Positions 38,450 through 47,767 are shown, counted from the stretch's first letter. The stretch is DNA of 64,000 nt from Candidatus Omnitrophota bacterium (GCA_028865345.1 JAGWKL010000001.1:157489-221488), one strand, 5' to 3'. A program made the numbers and translations. The notes: generated from the sequence alone by a model not told the origin.

Positions 38450-39121
38450 TCAGAAAATTTTGAGAGTACGGCGGTTTAAATAATAAAATAAAAACAGGAC
38501 GACAAAAGAAATCATCACCAGGACCAGGGCATACATCCCTGCGGTGCCGTAATTCAGCGCCTCGACCTCATTGTAAATGGCGATGGACGCAAGCCTGGTC
38601 TGTCCGGGGATATTGCCGCCGATCATCAGCACCACCCCGAATTCGCCGATGGTGTGAGCAAAGGCCATGACAACGCCTGTCAGCAGGGCCGGCCTGATAT
38701 TGGGCAAAATCACGCGATACAATGTCTCCCAAGGTCCTTTGCCCAAACAATACGATGATTCAATTAATGCCGACGGGAAATTCTGAAAGCCCGCCTTGAT
38801 CGGATTGACCATAAAGGGAAGGCTGAAAAGCAGGGAAGCGATGACAAGTCCGGTAAAACTGAAAACCACCCTTAGCCCAAAGGCGGACTGCAGGAAATGC
38901 CCCAGGAAATATTGGGGACTGAAGGCGACCAAAAGGTAAAAACCCACCACCGTGGGCGGCAGGACCAGCGGCATGCTGACCAGGGTCTCTACGATGTATC
39001 TGAATCTATTCGGAGAAAAGGCGATCCAATAAGCCAATGGGATACCGATGACAAAAAGGATGGCGGTGACAACAAGGGCCAATTGAAAGGTCAATAATAA
39101 AGGCTGTAAATCGTAGTGCAT
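38450..39121 (-). CDS. modB: molybdate ABC transporter permease
   Basis: 223 aa, 5-6 TM, with an EAA-like loop (ALIESSYCLGKGPWETLYRVILP). Confidence 0.85.
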   Translation of the reverse strand: MHYDLQPLLLTFQLALVVTAILFVIGIPLAYWIAFSPNRFRYIVETLVSMPLVLPPTVVGFYLLVAFSPQYFLGHFLQSAFGLRVVFSFTGLVIASLLFSLPFMVNPIKAGFQNFPSALIESSYCLGKGPWETLYRVILPNIRPALLTGVVMAFAHTIGEFGVVLMIGGNIPGQTRLASIAIYNEVEALNYGTAGMYALVLVMISFVVLFLFYYLNRRTLKIF

Positions 39122-39526
39122 CTATGCCTCTTTATAAAGAGATACCTCGTTGGTCTTGACCAGCCATTCCACCAGGTCCCCCTCGGCCAGCCCCAACTTT
39201 TTGGTCGAACGCGTGGTGATGACAGAAACTATTTCTTTGTTTTTATAATCAAGAAAGATCTTGGAGAGGATATCGGACACGTCGATCTTTTTGACCGTTG
39301 CCTGGAATCTGTTGCGCAGGCTGATCAACCCACAGAGGCCCTTGGCGATGGAAACTTCCGTTTCCTTGAACAGCAGAGCAACCTGTCCGCCTTCCTTTAA
39401 ATACCCGGCCGTGGCCGGCGTCTCCAGGACAATGGAAGAAAAAAGATCCCCGTCTACGTCGATGGTAACCAACGACATATGCGGGGAGGTCTCGATTGCA
39501 ACGATCTTGCCGGTCAGTTTATTCAC
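39122..39526 (-). CDS. molybdopterin/molybdate-binding Mop (tandem TOBE) protein
   Basis: 134 aa made of two TOBE repeats (SARNRFQATV-like segment), similar to the ModE C-terminus or molbindin. It lies between modA and modB. Confidence 0.65.
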   Translation of the reverse strand: MNKLTGKIVAIETSPHMSLVTIDVDGDLFSSIVLETPATAGYLKEGGQVALLFKETEVSIAKGLCGLISLRNRFQATVKKIDVSDILSKIFLDYKNKEIVSVITTRSTKKLGLAEGDLVEWLVKTNEVSLYKEA

Positions 39527-40305
39527 TTGGGCAAACTATAGCCGTATTTTTTAAATGTCGCCCGCGCCGGGGCTGAAAACAAAAAATCGTAAAATTTTTT
39601 GGCCTCCGGGGCATGCGGGGCGTATTTTAGCACAACAGCCCCCTGCGCGATAGGCTTATAGCTTCGCGGATCCACTTCAACCCAACGGCCTTTGCCCTTC
39701 ATATTGGGAGAAAGAACAATAGACTCGGCGGTAAAACCGACATCCGCGGCGCCTGTCGTAATAAATTCGTTGGTTTGAGCAATGCTTTCCCCGTAAACCA
39801 GCTTGGGAATGATCCCCGGATACAGATGGGCGTATTTCATGGCGTTGACCGCTTGACGGCCGTACGGCGCCAGTCGGGGATCGGCAAGGGCGATCTTCTT
39901 GACCCCGGCTTCGCCTAAGCCACCCAGGCCCTTGGAGAGGTCCTCATTCCTCATGGTCCAAAGGACCAGGACACCGTACGCATACACCTTGGGCGGCCGC
40001 AAGGACAATCCTTCTTTGAAAACCGCTTCTGGATACTTCATGTCCGCGGATAGAAACACATCAAAGGGTGCTCCGTTGGCAATTTGGGAGGTCAGCTTTC
40101 CTGATGACGCGATCACTGTTTTGACATCGATCCCGGTTTCCCTGGTGAATTGGGCTTTCAGATCATCCAGCGTAAATTGCAGGTTGGCCGCAGCGGCCAC
40201 CGTGATCCCTCCTGCCGCCCTTGCCGGCATGGGCAAAAATCCTAAAAACAACCCTACGATTAATAATTTTTTCATCATCTTCATAAACGGGTCCTTCCTT
40301 TCCAT
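39523..40305 (-). CDS. modA: molybdate ABC transporter periplasmic substrate-binding protein
   Basis: 260 aa with a signal peptide and the ModA fold signature (ITVAAAANLQF..., FDVFLSADMKYPE). Confidence 0.85.
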   Translation of the reverse strand: MERKDPFMKMMKKLLIVGLFLGFLPMPARAAGGITVAAAANLQFTLDDLKAQFTRETGIDVKTVIASSGKLTSQIANGAPFDVFLSADMKYPEAVFKEGLSLRPPKVYAYGVLVLWTMRNEDLSKGLGGLGEAGVKKIALADPRLAPYGRQAVNAMKYAHLYPGIIPKLVYGESIAQTNEFITTGAADVGFTAESIVLSPNMKGKGRWVEVDPRSYKPIAQGAVVLKYAPHAPEAKKFYDFLFSAPARATFKKYGYSLPK

Positions 40306-40308
40306 AAA

Positions 40309-41616
40309 CTAAAATTTAAAGGTCAATTGGGAGTATACCCAGTCGGCATCATCGTCGGCACCGGTATCTCTGACATAACCGCCGCAGAAGAAATGCGCAT
40401 AGCCGGTCTCGAATTTGAGGTTTTTGGTGAAATCATAAAAGAATCTCAGTGACGTTTCTGACCCCACATAATAACTGCGGTGCCCGCTGGTCATTGTTCT
40501 TAGCGCCGTACCGGACGAATCGTACCAAGAATCATTCTTACTTTGCAGCCAGAAAAAATCGATCTGCGGCTTAAAACGAAGCTTCTTCGTCGGTGAAAAT
40601 ACAACATTCAATTCCGGGTTGCGCATATTTTCCCAGCGGAAAAAATCCATCTCCCCGTAAGGCTCATGGACGGTCTGGTAAAGAGGGACAAACGTGTTGC
40701 TGACATTCCCATGGGGGGACTTGTTCCCGGACGCTTCATCATAGGAAAGATTGACCCTGGGGCTCCAGGCCCAACTATGAAGGTCCTTTTCGATATTGGC
40801 ATGAAACGCATAAGCCTTGATTTCTTTTGTGCCGGTGATGGCGCTGCCCGTACGTCCCCATTGATAAGGGACCTCCACATCCAAACTGGTCGTGGGCGTC
40901 AATTTCAACTTGATACGAGCTCCGGCTGTCTCGCGATGGATATCGTTGGTGCCCCTGGTGTCATCCTGGTTGAGAAAATACCATTCGATCAAAGGGGAAA
41001 CAGCATTCTTCTGCCATCCGCTGTAAATCCCGGAAAGGAGCTCATGGCCGTTGGAAATATTAAATTTCTCATTGCGGTATTGGACGTTCTGTCCGTAAAG
41101 AAGGTCCGAATATAATCCGTCGTGATGGTAATGGATGACCGCCCCGTCCCAGGAACGGACCGCGTTCGACCAGGTCGGCGAGGCGATCAACCGCTTTGCC
41201 CCGTAATTCATTTCCTGACGGCCCATCTTCACATCAAAATCCGAACCTGCCAATTTGTAAAAGTCCACGAAAGCCTGGTGCAGGTCAAAACTGTCGGTCT
41301 GGCCTGAAACAGCCTTGGTCAAATAAGGCCAGTCCCTGGCATCCAGCCCTTCCACGAAAACTCGGGCGATCTTGTTCAAATATTCATCTTCCAGATCAGC
41401 GGCAGCGTTGAGTTTAAGACGGTTGAAAAATTGCGTGGCGTTGTCTTTCCTGCTTTCATTAAAATTAAAGTTATACCGGTATTCATACCGTAACCTCTCT
41501 TGGCCCCCAATCTTATAATCCCAATGCAGATATTGCCCCCCGTCGTCGGCCAATGCGGGTATTGCCAGCGGCACCAGGACGATCAATACTGCTAAAACCT
41601 GATGAAAGCCCCTCAT
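40309..41616 (-). CDS. outer-membrane beta-barrel porin encoded directly upstream of modA (possible oxyanion-specific porin)
   Basis: 435 aa with a signal peptide MRGFHQVLAVLIVLVPLAIPALA and alternating amphipathic beta-strands. The C-terminal ...YSQLTFKF ends in the aromatic residue typical of OMPs. An AGGGAGGAG SD is present. Confidence 0.5.
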   Translation of the reverse strand: MRGFHQVLAVLIVLVPLAIPALADDGGQYLHWDYKIGGQERLRYEYRYNFNFNESRKDNATQFFNRLKLNAAADLEDEYLNKIARVFVEGLDARDWPYLTKAVSGQTDSFDLHQAFVDFYKLAGSDFDVKMGRQEMNYGAKRLIASPTWSNAVRSWDGAVIHYHHDGLYSDLLYGQNVQYRNEKFNISNGHELLSGIYSGWQKNAVSPLIEWYFLNQDDTRGTNDIHRETAGARIKLKLTPTTSLDVEVPYQWGRTGSAITGTKEIKAYAFHANIEKDLHSWAWSPRVNLSYDEASGNKSPHGNVSNTFVPLYQTVHEPYGEMDFFRWENMRNPELNVVFSPTKKLRFKPQIDFFWLQSKNDSWYDSSGTALRTMTSGHRSYYVGSETSLRFFYDFTKNLKFETGYAHFFCGGYVRDTGADDDADWVYSQLTFKF

Positions 41617-41705
41617 TCGAGAACTCCTCCCTGACCGCTTTTTTAAGGTCGGTCTTTTGCTTGGGCTTCCAGGTTTGTCCGGTCAGCTTTAGCCGCGAAA
41701 TCGTT

Positions 41706-41864
41706 TCATGCAGTTTGTCTGCTTTGTATTCCTACGCGGATCTTTTCCTTCTTTTCTATTTGAATGATCTGGCCGTTATGGACAATGATTTCGACCGAGC
41801 CATATCTGATCTTTTTTAAATCTTTCAAAATATCTTTTATTTGTTTAATTTTGGACGGCAGCAT
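41706..41864 (-). CDS. DUF2292 (YezD-like) small protein
   Basis: The core RYGSVEIIVHNGQIIQIEKKEKIRV matches the DUF2292 signature as I recall it. I take the start at MLPSK, where an AAGGGTGA SD lies upstream; the longer ORF-track N-terminus overlaps tetR. Confidence 0.45.
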   Translation of the reverse strand: MLPSKIKQIKDILKDLKKIRYGSVEIIVHNGQIIQIEKKEKIRVGIQSRQTA

Positions 41865-42444
41865 GATCACCCTTGGGCTTGACGATTCCATTCGACCATA
41901 TGTCCAAAACCGCATCCAACGCCTGTTCAAAGGTAAGGCCCTCCTGCTCCAGGAACCGTGGGTTGGTCACGGCTTTCACGGCCCCTAAGTAGGCCTCCGT
42001 GGCGATGGAAGCATTGACTTGGCGGAAGACCCGGTTTTTGCTGCCTTTCCTGACCAGCAAATGGATGCTCAAAATTTTCTCATTTCTAAAATGCAGGAAC
42101 TCTTCCCAAAGCAAAGGCAACTCAACGGGAATTTCCCTGAAAAAATGTTCAAACCAGGGGCCCAGCTGTTTACGCAAAAGTAAGACGCTGTCGGAAAAAA
42201 TCCGTAAAGGGTCATGGTCGGCTTTCTCTATATTACTAAAGCCCTTATCCAATTGCTGCCGCAGGCGTTGGACCAAAGCCCTGGCAATTTCGTCTTTGCC
42301 GTCAAACAGCTTATAGATCGTGTTCTTGCTCACATGCAGATCGCCGGCAATCTCGTCCATGGTCACCTTACGGTAACCGAACGCGATCATCCGTTTTTCG
42401 GCGGCATTAAGGACTTTGTCTTTCAAGGGATCGTTTATACGCAT
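41845..42444 (-). CDS. TetR/AcrR-family transcriptional regulator
   Basis: TetR HTH MDEIAGDLHVSKNTIYKLF. I use the ATG start at 42444 (MRINDPLKDKVL...). The ORF-track start at 42492 is a TTG lying inside the operator palindrome. Confidence 0.8.
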   Translation of the reverse strand: MRINDPLKDKVLNAAEKRMIAFGYRKVTMDEIAGDLHVSKNTIYKLFDGKDEIARALVQRLRQQLDKGFSNIEKADHDPLRIFSDSVLLLRKQLGPWFEHFFREIPVELPLLWEEFLHFRNEKILSIHLLVRKGSKNRVFRQVNASIATEAYLGAVKAVTNPRFLEQEGLTFEQALDAVLDIWSNGIVKPKGDHAAVQN

Positions 42445-42454
42445 AAGCACATAT

Positions 42455-42481
42455 AATACTAATTTAGTATTTTTAGTATTA
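42455..42481. promoter_or_regulatory. candidate TetR operator: 17-bp perfect palindrome plus a third half-site, overlapping a TATAAT box
   Basis: AATACTAAtTTAGTATT at 42455-42471 and a repeated TTAGTATT at 42473-42480. They lie 11-37 nt upstream of the tetR ATG, and a TATAAT overlaps as read on the minus strand. Confidence 0.5.
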
Positions 42482-42525
42482 TATCTGAACAAATTCCATT
42501 GTCAAATAAAAAAGGAGCTGCCCAA

Positions 42526-43584
42526 TTAAATGTCGGGATAAGAACCAAGTATCTTGAGGAATTTACACATGCCCTCAAGCTGGTCCAGAGCGCGGGCCAC
42601 GCGGGGATCATCCTGATGGCCTTCGCAGTCGACGAAGAAATAGTAATCCCAGGCCTTCCTTTTGGAAGGCCTCGATTCTATCTTGGTGAGATTGATCTTA
42701 TGTTTCATAAAGGGGGTGAGCATGGCATGCAAAGCGCCCACCCTGTCCTTGATGGAAAAAACCAGCGATGTGCGGTCGTGTCCGGTCGGCGCCACTTCCA
42801 TGGTCGAAATCACCAGGAAACGCGTGATATTATGGGCGCTGTCCTGGATATTTTTCTTTAGAATGGTCAGGCCGTACAGCGAGGCCGCGACCAGTGAGGC
42901 GATGCAGGCGGCATTTTTCTTTTTAGCCACCAGTTGGGCCGCCCTCGTGCTTGACTCAACGGGGATGATATGGGCCTTGGGCATGTTGTGCATGAGCCAT
43001 TGGCGGCATTGCCCTAAAATTTGGGGATGGGAATAAATTTCCTTGATTTGGGTTAAAGTACCTTTGGACATCAGATAGTGCGTGACATCCAGTAAAACCT
43101 GAGAACAGATCTTGAGCTCGGAATCAACCAGCAAATCCATGGTATGGGTGACGACCCCCTCGATGGAATTCTCGATGGGAACGACCCCATAATCACAATC
43201 CGCATTTTCGACCCTGCTGAAGACCTCGGCCACATTGCCGCAGGCCACATGCTCGACGGACGAGCCGAACTTCTTTAAGGACGCCAGGTGCGAAAAAGTG
43301 GCTTCAGGCCCCATGTACGCGATGCGCAAAGGCTTCTCCAGGGCGAGAGACGCCGACATGACCTCGCGGTAGATCGCCTCCACAGCCTCGTCCTTGATAG
43401 GGCCGGCGTTGAGCTTCTTGATGCGTTTAAGCACATCCTGTTCACGGTCAGGCGCGTAGATGTGCCTGCCGTTCTTGATCTTCTCTTGGCCTATGGACAA
43501 AGTAATGGCCGCACGGTCATTTAATAGCCGGATGATCCTGCCGTCCAACTCGTCTATTTTCTTACGCAAATGACTTAGGTCCAT
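42526..43584 (-). CDS. pheA: bifunctional chorismate mutase / prephenate dehydratase (P-protein)
   Basis: 352 aa. An N-terminal CM_2 domain (LRKKIDELDGRIIRLLNDRA) is followed by a PDT domain and a C-terminal ACT domain (TSLVFSIKDRVGALHAML). Confidence 0.9.
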   Translation of the reverse strand: MDLSHLRKKIDELDGRIIRLLNDRAAITLSIGQEKIKNGRHIYAPDREQDVLKRIKKLNAGPIKDEAVEAIYREVMSASLALEKPLRIAYMGPEATFSHLASLKKFGSSVEHVACGNVAEVFSRVENADCDYGVVPIENSIEGVVTHTMDLLVDSELKICSQVLLDVTHYLMSKGTLTQIKEIYSHPQILGQCRQWLMHNMPKAHIIPVESSTRAAQLVAKKKNAACIASLVAASLYGLTILKKNIQDSAHNITRFLVISTMEVAPTGHDRTSLVFSIKDRVGALHAMLTPFMKHKINLTKIESRPSKRKAWDYYFFVDCEGHQDDPRVARALDQLEGMCKFLKILGSYPDI

Positions 43585-43604
43585 ATTCTCCCTGGGTACT
43601 GATT

Positions 43605-44285
43605 TTATTCTTCGCCGCCCGATGAGGCGCGTGACTGGCCGCTGGTTTCCTGACTGACCGTTTGTTCCTGCATCTGTTCAACAGCCCCACCGGCCCCGTC
43701 TGCCGCCGGCAACTGTTGGGGCGCCTGCCCCTCCTGCGCCTTCGGCGCATCGATACCCAACTGGTTGAACTCCTCGATCTTGGGCAGGTCTTCGAGGGAC
43801 CTCAGACCGAAATATTCCAGAAACTCCTTGGTGGTACCGAATAAAAACGGCCTGCCGGGGACTTCCTTGCGGCCCACGATTTTAATGAGCCCCTTGTTGA
43901 GCAAATGCGCGATGGTGCCGTCGGAGTTGACCCCGCGGATGATCTCCACCTCGGCGCGGCCCACCGGCTGCTTATAGGCAATGATCGCCAGGCTTTCAAG
44001 TGCCGGTCTGGAAAGTTTTTCCTTGGTCTTGGTCTTATAAAATTCGCGGATATAGGGCGCCGCGTGGCTGTTGGACAACATCTGAAAGCCGCCGGCGATC
44101 TCCACGATCACCATGCCGGCCTCGCGATTGACATATTCTTCCTGCAACTGTTTGATCAAATCCTGTATCTGGGGCCTTTGAAGCTCAGGAAACACTTCCT
44201 TAAATTGGTCCAGCAGCACGGGCTTTTCGCTGACAAACAGCAACGCCTCAATGGCGCTTTTATAATTTTTTATGTGCTCGTCCAT
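43605..44285 (-). CDS. scpB: segregation and condensation protein B
   Basis: Tandem winged-helix ScpB core (IEALLFVSEKPV..., ESLAIIAYKQPVGRAEVEIIRGV) with an acidic Gln-rich tail. The start is taken at MDEHIK; the ORF-track start at 44339 is also possible. Confidence 0.8.
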   Translation of the reverse strand: MDEHIKNYKSAIEALLFVSEKPVLLDQFKEVFPELQRPQIQDLIKQLQEEYVNREAGMVIVEIAGGFQMLSNSHAAPYIREFYKTKTKEKLSRPALESLAIIAYKQPVGRAEVEIIRGVNSDGTIAHLLNKGLIKIVGRKEVPGRPFLFGTTKEFLEYFGLRSLEDLPKIEEFNQLGIDAPKAQEGQAPQQLPAADGAGGAVEQMQEQTVSQETSGQSRASSGGEE

Positions 44286-44343
44286 CTTGCTCCTTATATC
44301 CTGATTATCCGGCCCCGCCCTCGGCCACCCGATAATCATCTAT

Positions 44344-44970
44344 CTAAGCGGTCTTCCTTTGCTTATAGATTTCGTTCAGCAATTCCCCGGAGGTTGTCAA
44401 TTGGCCGCAACGCTCCAGGGCCTTCTTGATCATCTCCTGGGCTTCCGCCTTTTTATACTGCAGCTGCAACAAAATATGCAACGCCTCCTCTTCGATGTCG
44501 CTAAGCGCCGCCGGCGTTTCTGTCACCACGCGGTCCTGCATCAGGATGAACTTGCCCATCTTACCCTGCAGTTTGGCGACGATCTCACGGGCTTTCTGCT
44601 CCCCGATGCCGGGCAGGCCCTTCAAATATTTGGTGTCCCCCTTGTCAATGGCCTGGGCGATCTCGCCGATGGCGCGGTTGAGGGCCTTGACCGCCGCCCG
44701 AGGGCCTATGCCGGAAACCTTGATGAATTCCAGAAAAAAATCGCGCTCAACTTCATTCAAGAACCCGACCAGTACAGGCATACCGCTCGCCGGGGTCATC
44801 TGATAATAATGATACGTGATCAAACGGACATTGCCATCGCTATCTTGATTTTCTTTGACGCGTTGCAGTACGGAGACGGGCGTCAGGATCTCATAACTTA
44901 AGCCCCCGGCCTCAAGGGTCACGGATGCCTGCCCTTGACGGGCTATTTTGCCTTTGACTGCCGTGATCAT
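44344..44970 (-). CDS. ruvA: Holliday junction branch-migration complex subunit RuvA
   Basis: 208 aa with an OB domain, two HhH motifs (GIGPRAAVKAL, LPGIGEQKAREI) and a C-terminal domain III. Confidence 0.9.
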   Translation of the reverse strand: MITAVKGKIARQGQASVTLEAGGLSYEILTPVSVLQRVKENQDSDGNVRLITYHYYQMTPASGMPVLVGFLNEVERDFFLEFIKVSGIGPRAAVKALNRAIGEIAQAIDKGDTKYLKGLPGIGEQKAREIVAKLQGKMGKFILMQDRVVTETPAALSDIEEEALHILLQLQYKKAEAQEMIKKALERCGQLTTSGELLNEIYKQRKTA

Positions 44971-45452
44971 ATCAATTTATACCGCATCATGTGCGCCTGT
45001 CCCAGGGCCAGGCTCAACGCGTCGCTGGCATCTAATTTAAACGATGGCGATTTGATATTCAATACTCTTTTGACAAATTCCTGGGCCTGGGCCTTGGTGG
45101 CATTGCCGTTGCCCATCAAGGCCTGCCGGATGCGCTTGGCGCTTTGCTCGACAAGTTGGATCTTCTGCTGGGCGACGCTTAGGCAAATCACCCCGCGCAC
45201 ATGTCCCAAGACCGGGGCCGTGGCAGGATGTTTATAATGGGCATATAATTTTTCCAGGACCACGACATCAGGATGGTGCGCCTTAAGGATGGCCGTTATG
45301 TGCAGGTGCACTTTCAAAAGCCTGCGTTCAAAAAGGTCTTTGGACTCAGGCTCAATGGTGCCCGCCTCCAGGACCCTGACGCCGCCGTTTTCCAGGTCGA
45401 CGACGCCGTAGCCCGTGGTGACAAGACCGGGATCAACGCCCAAGATACGCAT
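44967..45452 (-). CDS. ruvC: crossover junction endodeoxyribonuclease RuvC
   Basis: 161 aa beginning MRILGVDPGLVTTGYGVV, with the RNase H-like catalytic acidic residues. Confidence 0.9.
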   Translation of the reverse strand: MRILGVDPGLVTTGYGVVDLENGGVRVLEAGTIEPESKDLFERRLLKVHLHITAILKAHHPDVVVLEKLYAHYKHPATAPVLGHVRGVICLSVAQQKIQLVEQSAKRIRQALMGNGNATKAQAQEFVKRVLNIKSPSFKLDASDALSLALGQAHMMRYKLI

Positions 45453-45455
45453 ACA

Positions 45456-46208
45456 TTATCCGGCGGATATTTTGGCCATTTCCTCGTTGGAAATATCGAA
45501 ATTGGCATGCACGTTCTGGATGTCCTCGTGCTCTTCCAGGGCTTCCATTAATTCCAGGATGTTACGGGCGTCATTGCCTTGGACCTTGACCGTGGAACTG
45601 GGGATCATGGTCACCTCGGCCGAAGCCAGTTCTATTTTCTTGGCTGTCATGGCGTTCTTGACCGCCTCAAAAACGCCCGGGTCGCAATACACATCAAACG
45701 TGTCGTCCTCGGCCTTGATATCGTCGGCGCCGGCTTCCAGGGCAGCTTCCATCACGGCATCCTCGCCGGCCTTGGATTTTTCTACGGAAATCAACCCTTT
45801 TTTACTGAACAGCCATGCGGTGGAACCGGCACCTGCCATGGAGCCGCCCTTCTTGCTTAAAAGATTTCGGATCTCGGAGGTGGTACGGTTTTTATTGTCC
45901 GTCAGGCCTTCGATGAGCATGGCCACCCCGCCCGGGCCATAAGCATCAAAGACCACCGTCTCAAAAACGATACCCGGCAATTCTCCGGTACCTTTTTTGA
46001 TGGCGTTTTCCACATTACTGGAAGGCATGTTGTATTCACGCGCCCGCGCCACGGCCGCGCGCAGACGGATATTGCTTTCCGTATTGCCGCCGCCGTCCTT
46101 GGCCGCCGCGGTGATCTCTTTGCTGATCTTGGTAAAAACCGCTCCGCGCTTGGCGTCTTCCGCGCCTTTTTTATGTTTGATCTTTGCCCATTTTGAATGA
46201 CCTGACAT
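45456..46208 (-). CDS. yebC: YebC/PmpR-family DNA-binding regulator
   Basis: 250 aa beginning MSGHSKWAKIKHKKGAEDAKRG..., the canonical YebC N-terminus. Confidence 0.9.
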   Translation of the reverse strand: MSGHSKWAKIKHKKGAEDAKRGAVFTKISKEITAAAKDGGGNTESNIRLRAAVARAREYNMPSSNVENAIKKGTGELPGIVFETVVFDAYGPGGVAMLIEGLTDNKNRTTSEIRNLLSKKGGSMAGAGSTAWLFSKKGLISVEKSKAGEDAVMEAALEAGADDIKAEDDTFDVYCDPGVFEAVKNAMTAKKIELASAEVTMIPSSTVKVQGNDARNILELMEALEEHEDIQNVHANFDISNEEMAKISAG

Positions 46209-46285
46209 TATACCCCCTATTGCTTCGACTTCGTTAAGTTAGTTCATATTCGATGACTTAACACCCTAGCGTAGTAAATATAAAA

Positions 46286-46620
46286 AAGCAGTTCAATAAG
46301 CCGAGTTCTGTAACCCTTATGAAGGGCGATGGCCATTTGACTCACATCCGCCCATTAAAAGCGGATATCTTGCAGCCTACCCGAGACTATGACGGAACGG
46401 ACCACCCCGTGCCGTTTAACGGCTTGTCTCCTATTTGGCATTGCTCCATGCAGAGATTGCTCGTTTCACTCTCCCTAAAAGGGAGCATCGTCACTGTAGC
46501 TCTGATCCTCATCGGAATTGCTTCCGACGGTCCCGCATTACCGGGATGCATTATCCTTTGGAGCTCGGACTTTCCTCTGCGACGCCATGGGCATCGCAGC
46601 AGCCATCTTGACCTGCTTTT
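46286..46620 (-). ncRNA. rnpB: RNase P RNA (bacterial type A)
   Basis: The minus-strand transcript contains the universally conserved P4 strands GAGGAAAGUCCGAGCUCC (near the 5' end) and ACAGAACUCGGCUUA (near the 3' end). The P3 hairpin is CUGCGAUGCC-CAUG-GCGUCGCAG. P1 pairing is AAGCAGGUCAAG / CUUAUUGAACUGCUU. Length is about 335 nt. The two plus-strand ORFs called over this region are spurious. Confidence 0.85.
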
Positions 46621-47006
46621 TTAAGAACTTGACGGACCAGCGCATCCGCCTCTTTATTCAATTCACGAGGCACATGCATGATTTGAAACGACCTAAAGCC
46701 CGCAACCAGATGCTTGATCTGGTCAAAAAGCGGCCTTATGTTTTCATGCTTGACCTTATACTCCCCGCCCAACTGCCTGCACATCAATTCACTGTCGCTT
46801 TTAACGCTGACGTCATCCGCCTTTAAGATCAACGCCTCCTGCAGGGCATAGATCAGGGCCGTGTATTCCGCGACATTATTAGTCCCCCGGCCGATGGCGC
46901 GGCCAAAAGTTTTGACGGTCCGCCCGTCTTCTTTGATGACCACCCCGACGGCCGCCGGCCCCGGGTTCCCCGAAGCGCCGCCGTCGGTAAAAATTTCCAG
47001 TTTCAT
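46551..47006 (-). CDS. rnhA: ribonuclease HI
   Basis: 151 aa with an RNase H fold and catalytic DEDD residues (MKLEIFTDGGASGNPGPAAVGVV..., NNVAEYTAL, MHVPRELNKEADALV). The last ~21 codons overlap the 5' end of rnpB on the same strand. Confidence 0.8.
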   Translation of the reverse strand: MKLEIFTDGGASGNPGPAAVGVVIKEDGRTVKTFGRAIGRGTNNVAEYTALIYALQEALILKADDVSVKSDSELMCRQLGGEYKVKHENIRPLFDQIKHLVAGFRSFQIMHVPRELNKEADALVRQVLKKAGQDGCCDAHGVAEESPSSKG

Positions 47007-47734
47007 AATTCATCGGCCAGATACAGCATCCTGGCGCACTGGTCACAGGTGACGATCTCTTCGTATTTCTTCAACTCATTGATGACCTGCTCGGTCAGGT
47101 GCATGAAGCACCCGCCGCAGGCATGATCAACGACTTTAACAATGCCCAGACCGTCTTTGTTGTTTAAAATGCGCTCGTAGCGGCTCAAATAGTCCGGCCT
47201 GACTGAAGGCAGGATGCGGTCACGCTGGGAGACCTTGACCTTCAACTGGTCGGCGATGACCAGCATCTCATCATCGAACTTCTTTTTGGCGGCCGCAAAA
47301 TCTTTCTCGTATTGAGCGACCAGGGCCTTTTCCGCTTCCACGGACCTTTTGGCGGCGTCCACTTCGTCGTAGCCCAGGAGTATCTTTTCTTCGACGAGAG
47401 ATTTATCGGCCTTCAAATTTTCGATTTCAAGCAACCGGGCCTGGTATTCCTTGTTGGTCTTCAGAAGGTTTAATGAAGCGTCCGCCTTGGCGATCCCCTC
47501 TTCCTTGGCCTTCAGGTCCAGCTCCAGTTCTTTCTGGCTGACCTGTATCGTCTTTAGTTTATCTTCCAGGCCCTTGAGCCTGTTCTTTTTGGATTCGAAT
47601 TCGGTCTTTAACACATCCAGCTCGGCGGGTTTATCCCGTAATTCGCGTTTGAAACGGAAAATCTCTTCGTCCACCACCTGCAGCTCGACGAGTTTTCTGA
47701 TCTGGTCCTTCAAATTTTGGCCGGCCACCGCCAT
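47003..47734 (-). CDS. COG1579-type coiled-coil protein with C-terminal C4 zinc ribbon
   Basis: 243 aa with a long coiled-coil and a terminal CGGCFMHL...CDQCARMLY. This arrangement next to rnhA/rnpB is common for this family. Confidence 0.65.
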   Translation of the reverse strand: MAVAGQNLKDQIRKLVELQVVDEEIFRFKRELRDKPAELDVLKTEFESKKNRLKGLEDKLKTIQVSQKELELDLKAKEEGIAKADASLNLLKTNKEYQARLLEIENLKADKSLVEEKILLGYDEVDAAKRSVEAEKALVAQYEKDFAAAKKKFDDEMLVIADQLKVKVSQRDRILPSVRPDYLSRYERILNNKDGLGIVKVVDHACGGCFMHLTEQVINELKKYEEIVTCDQCARMLYLADEL

Positions 47735-47767
47735 ATATGTCCCTCAAACGTTAGGGGAAAATCATAT

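Noticed and set aside
41617-41705. Possible Moco riboswitch in the porin/modA leader
   Set aside because: Only 89 nt are available. I could not recognise the Moco-RNA conserved motifs from memory, so it is left uncalled.
42445-42492. TTG start of the TetR ORF at 42492
   Set aside because: It would place the start codon inside the operator palindrome with no RBS. The ATG at 42444 gives a normal TetR N-terminus.
46319-46826. Two about 100-aa plus-strand ORFs (46319-46624 and 46518-46826)
   Set aside because: They lie over the RNase P RNA gene and the rnhA 3' end. The region is explained by structured RNA with conserved P4 sequences.
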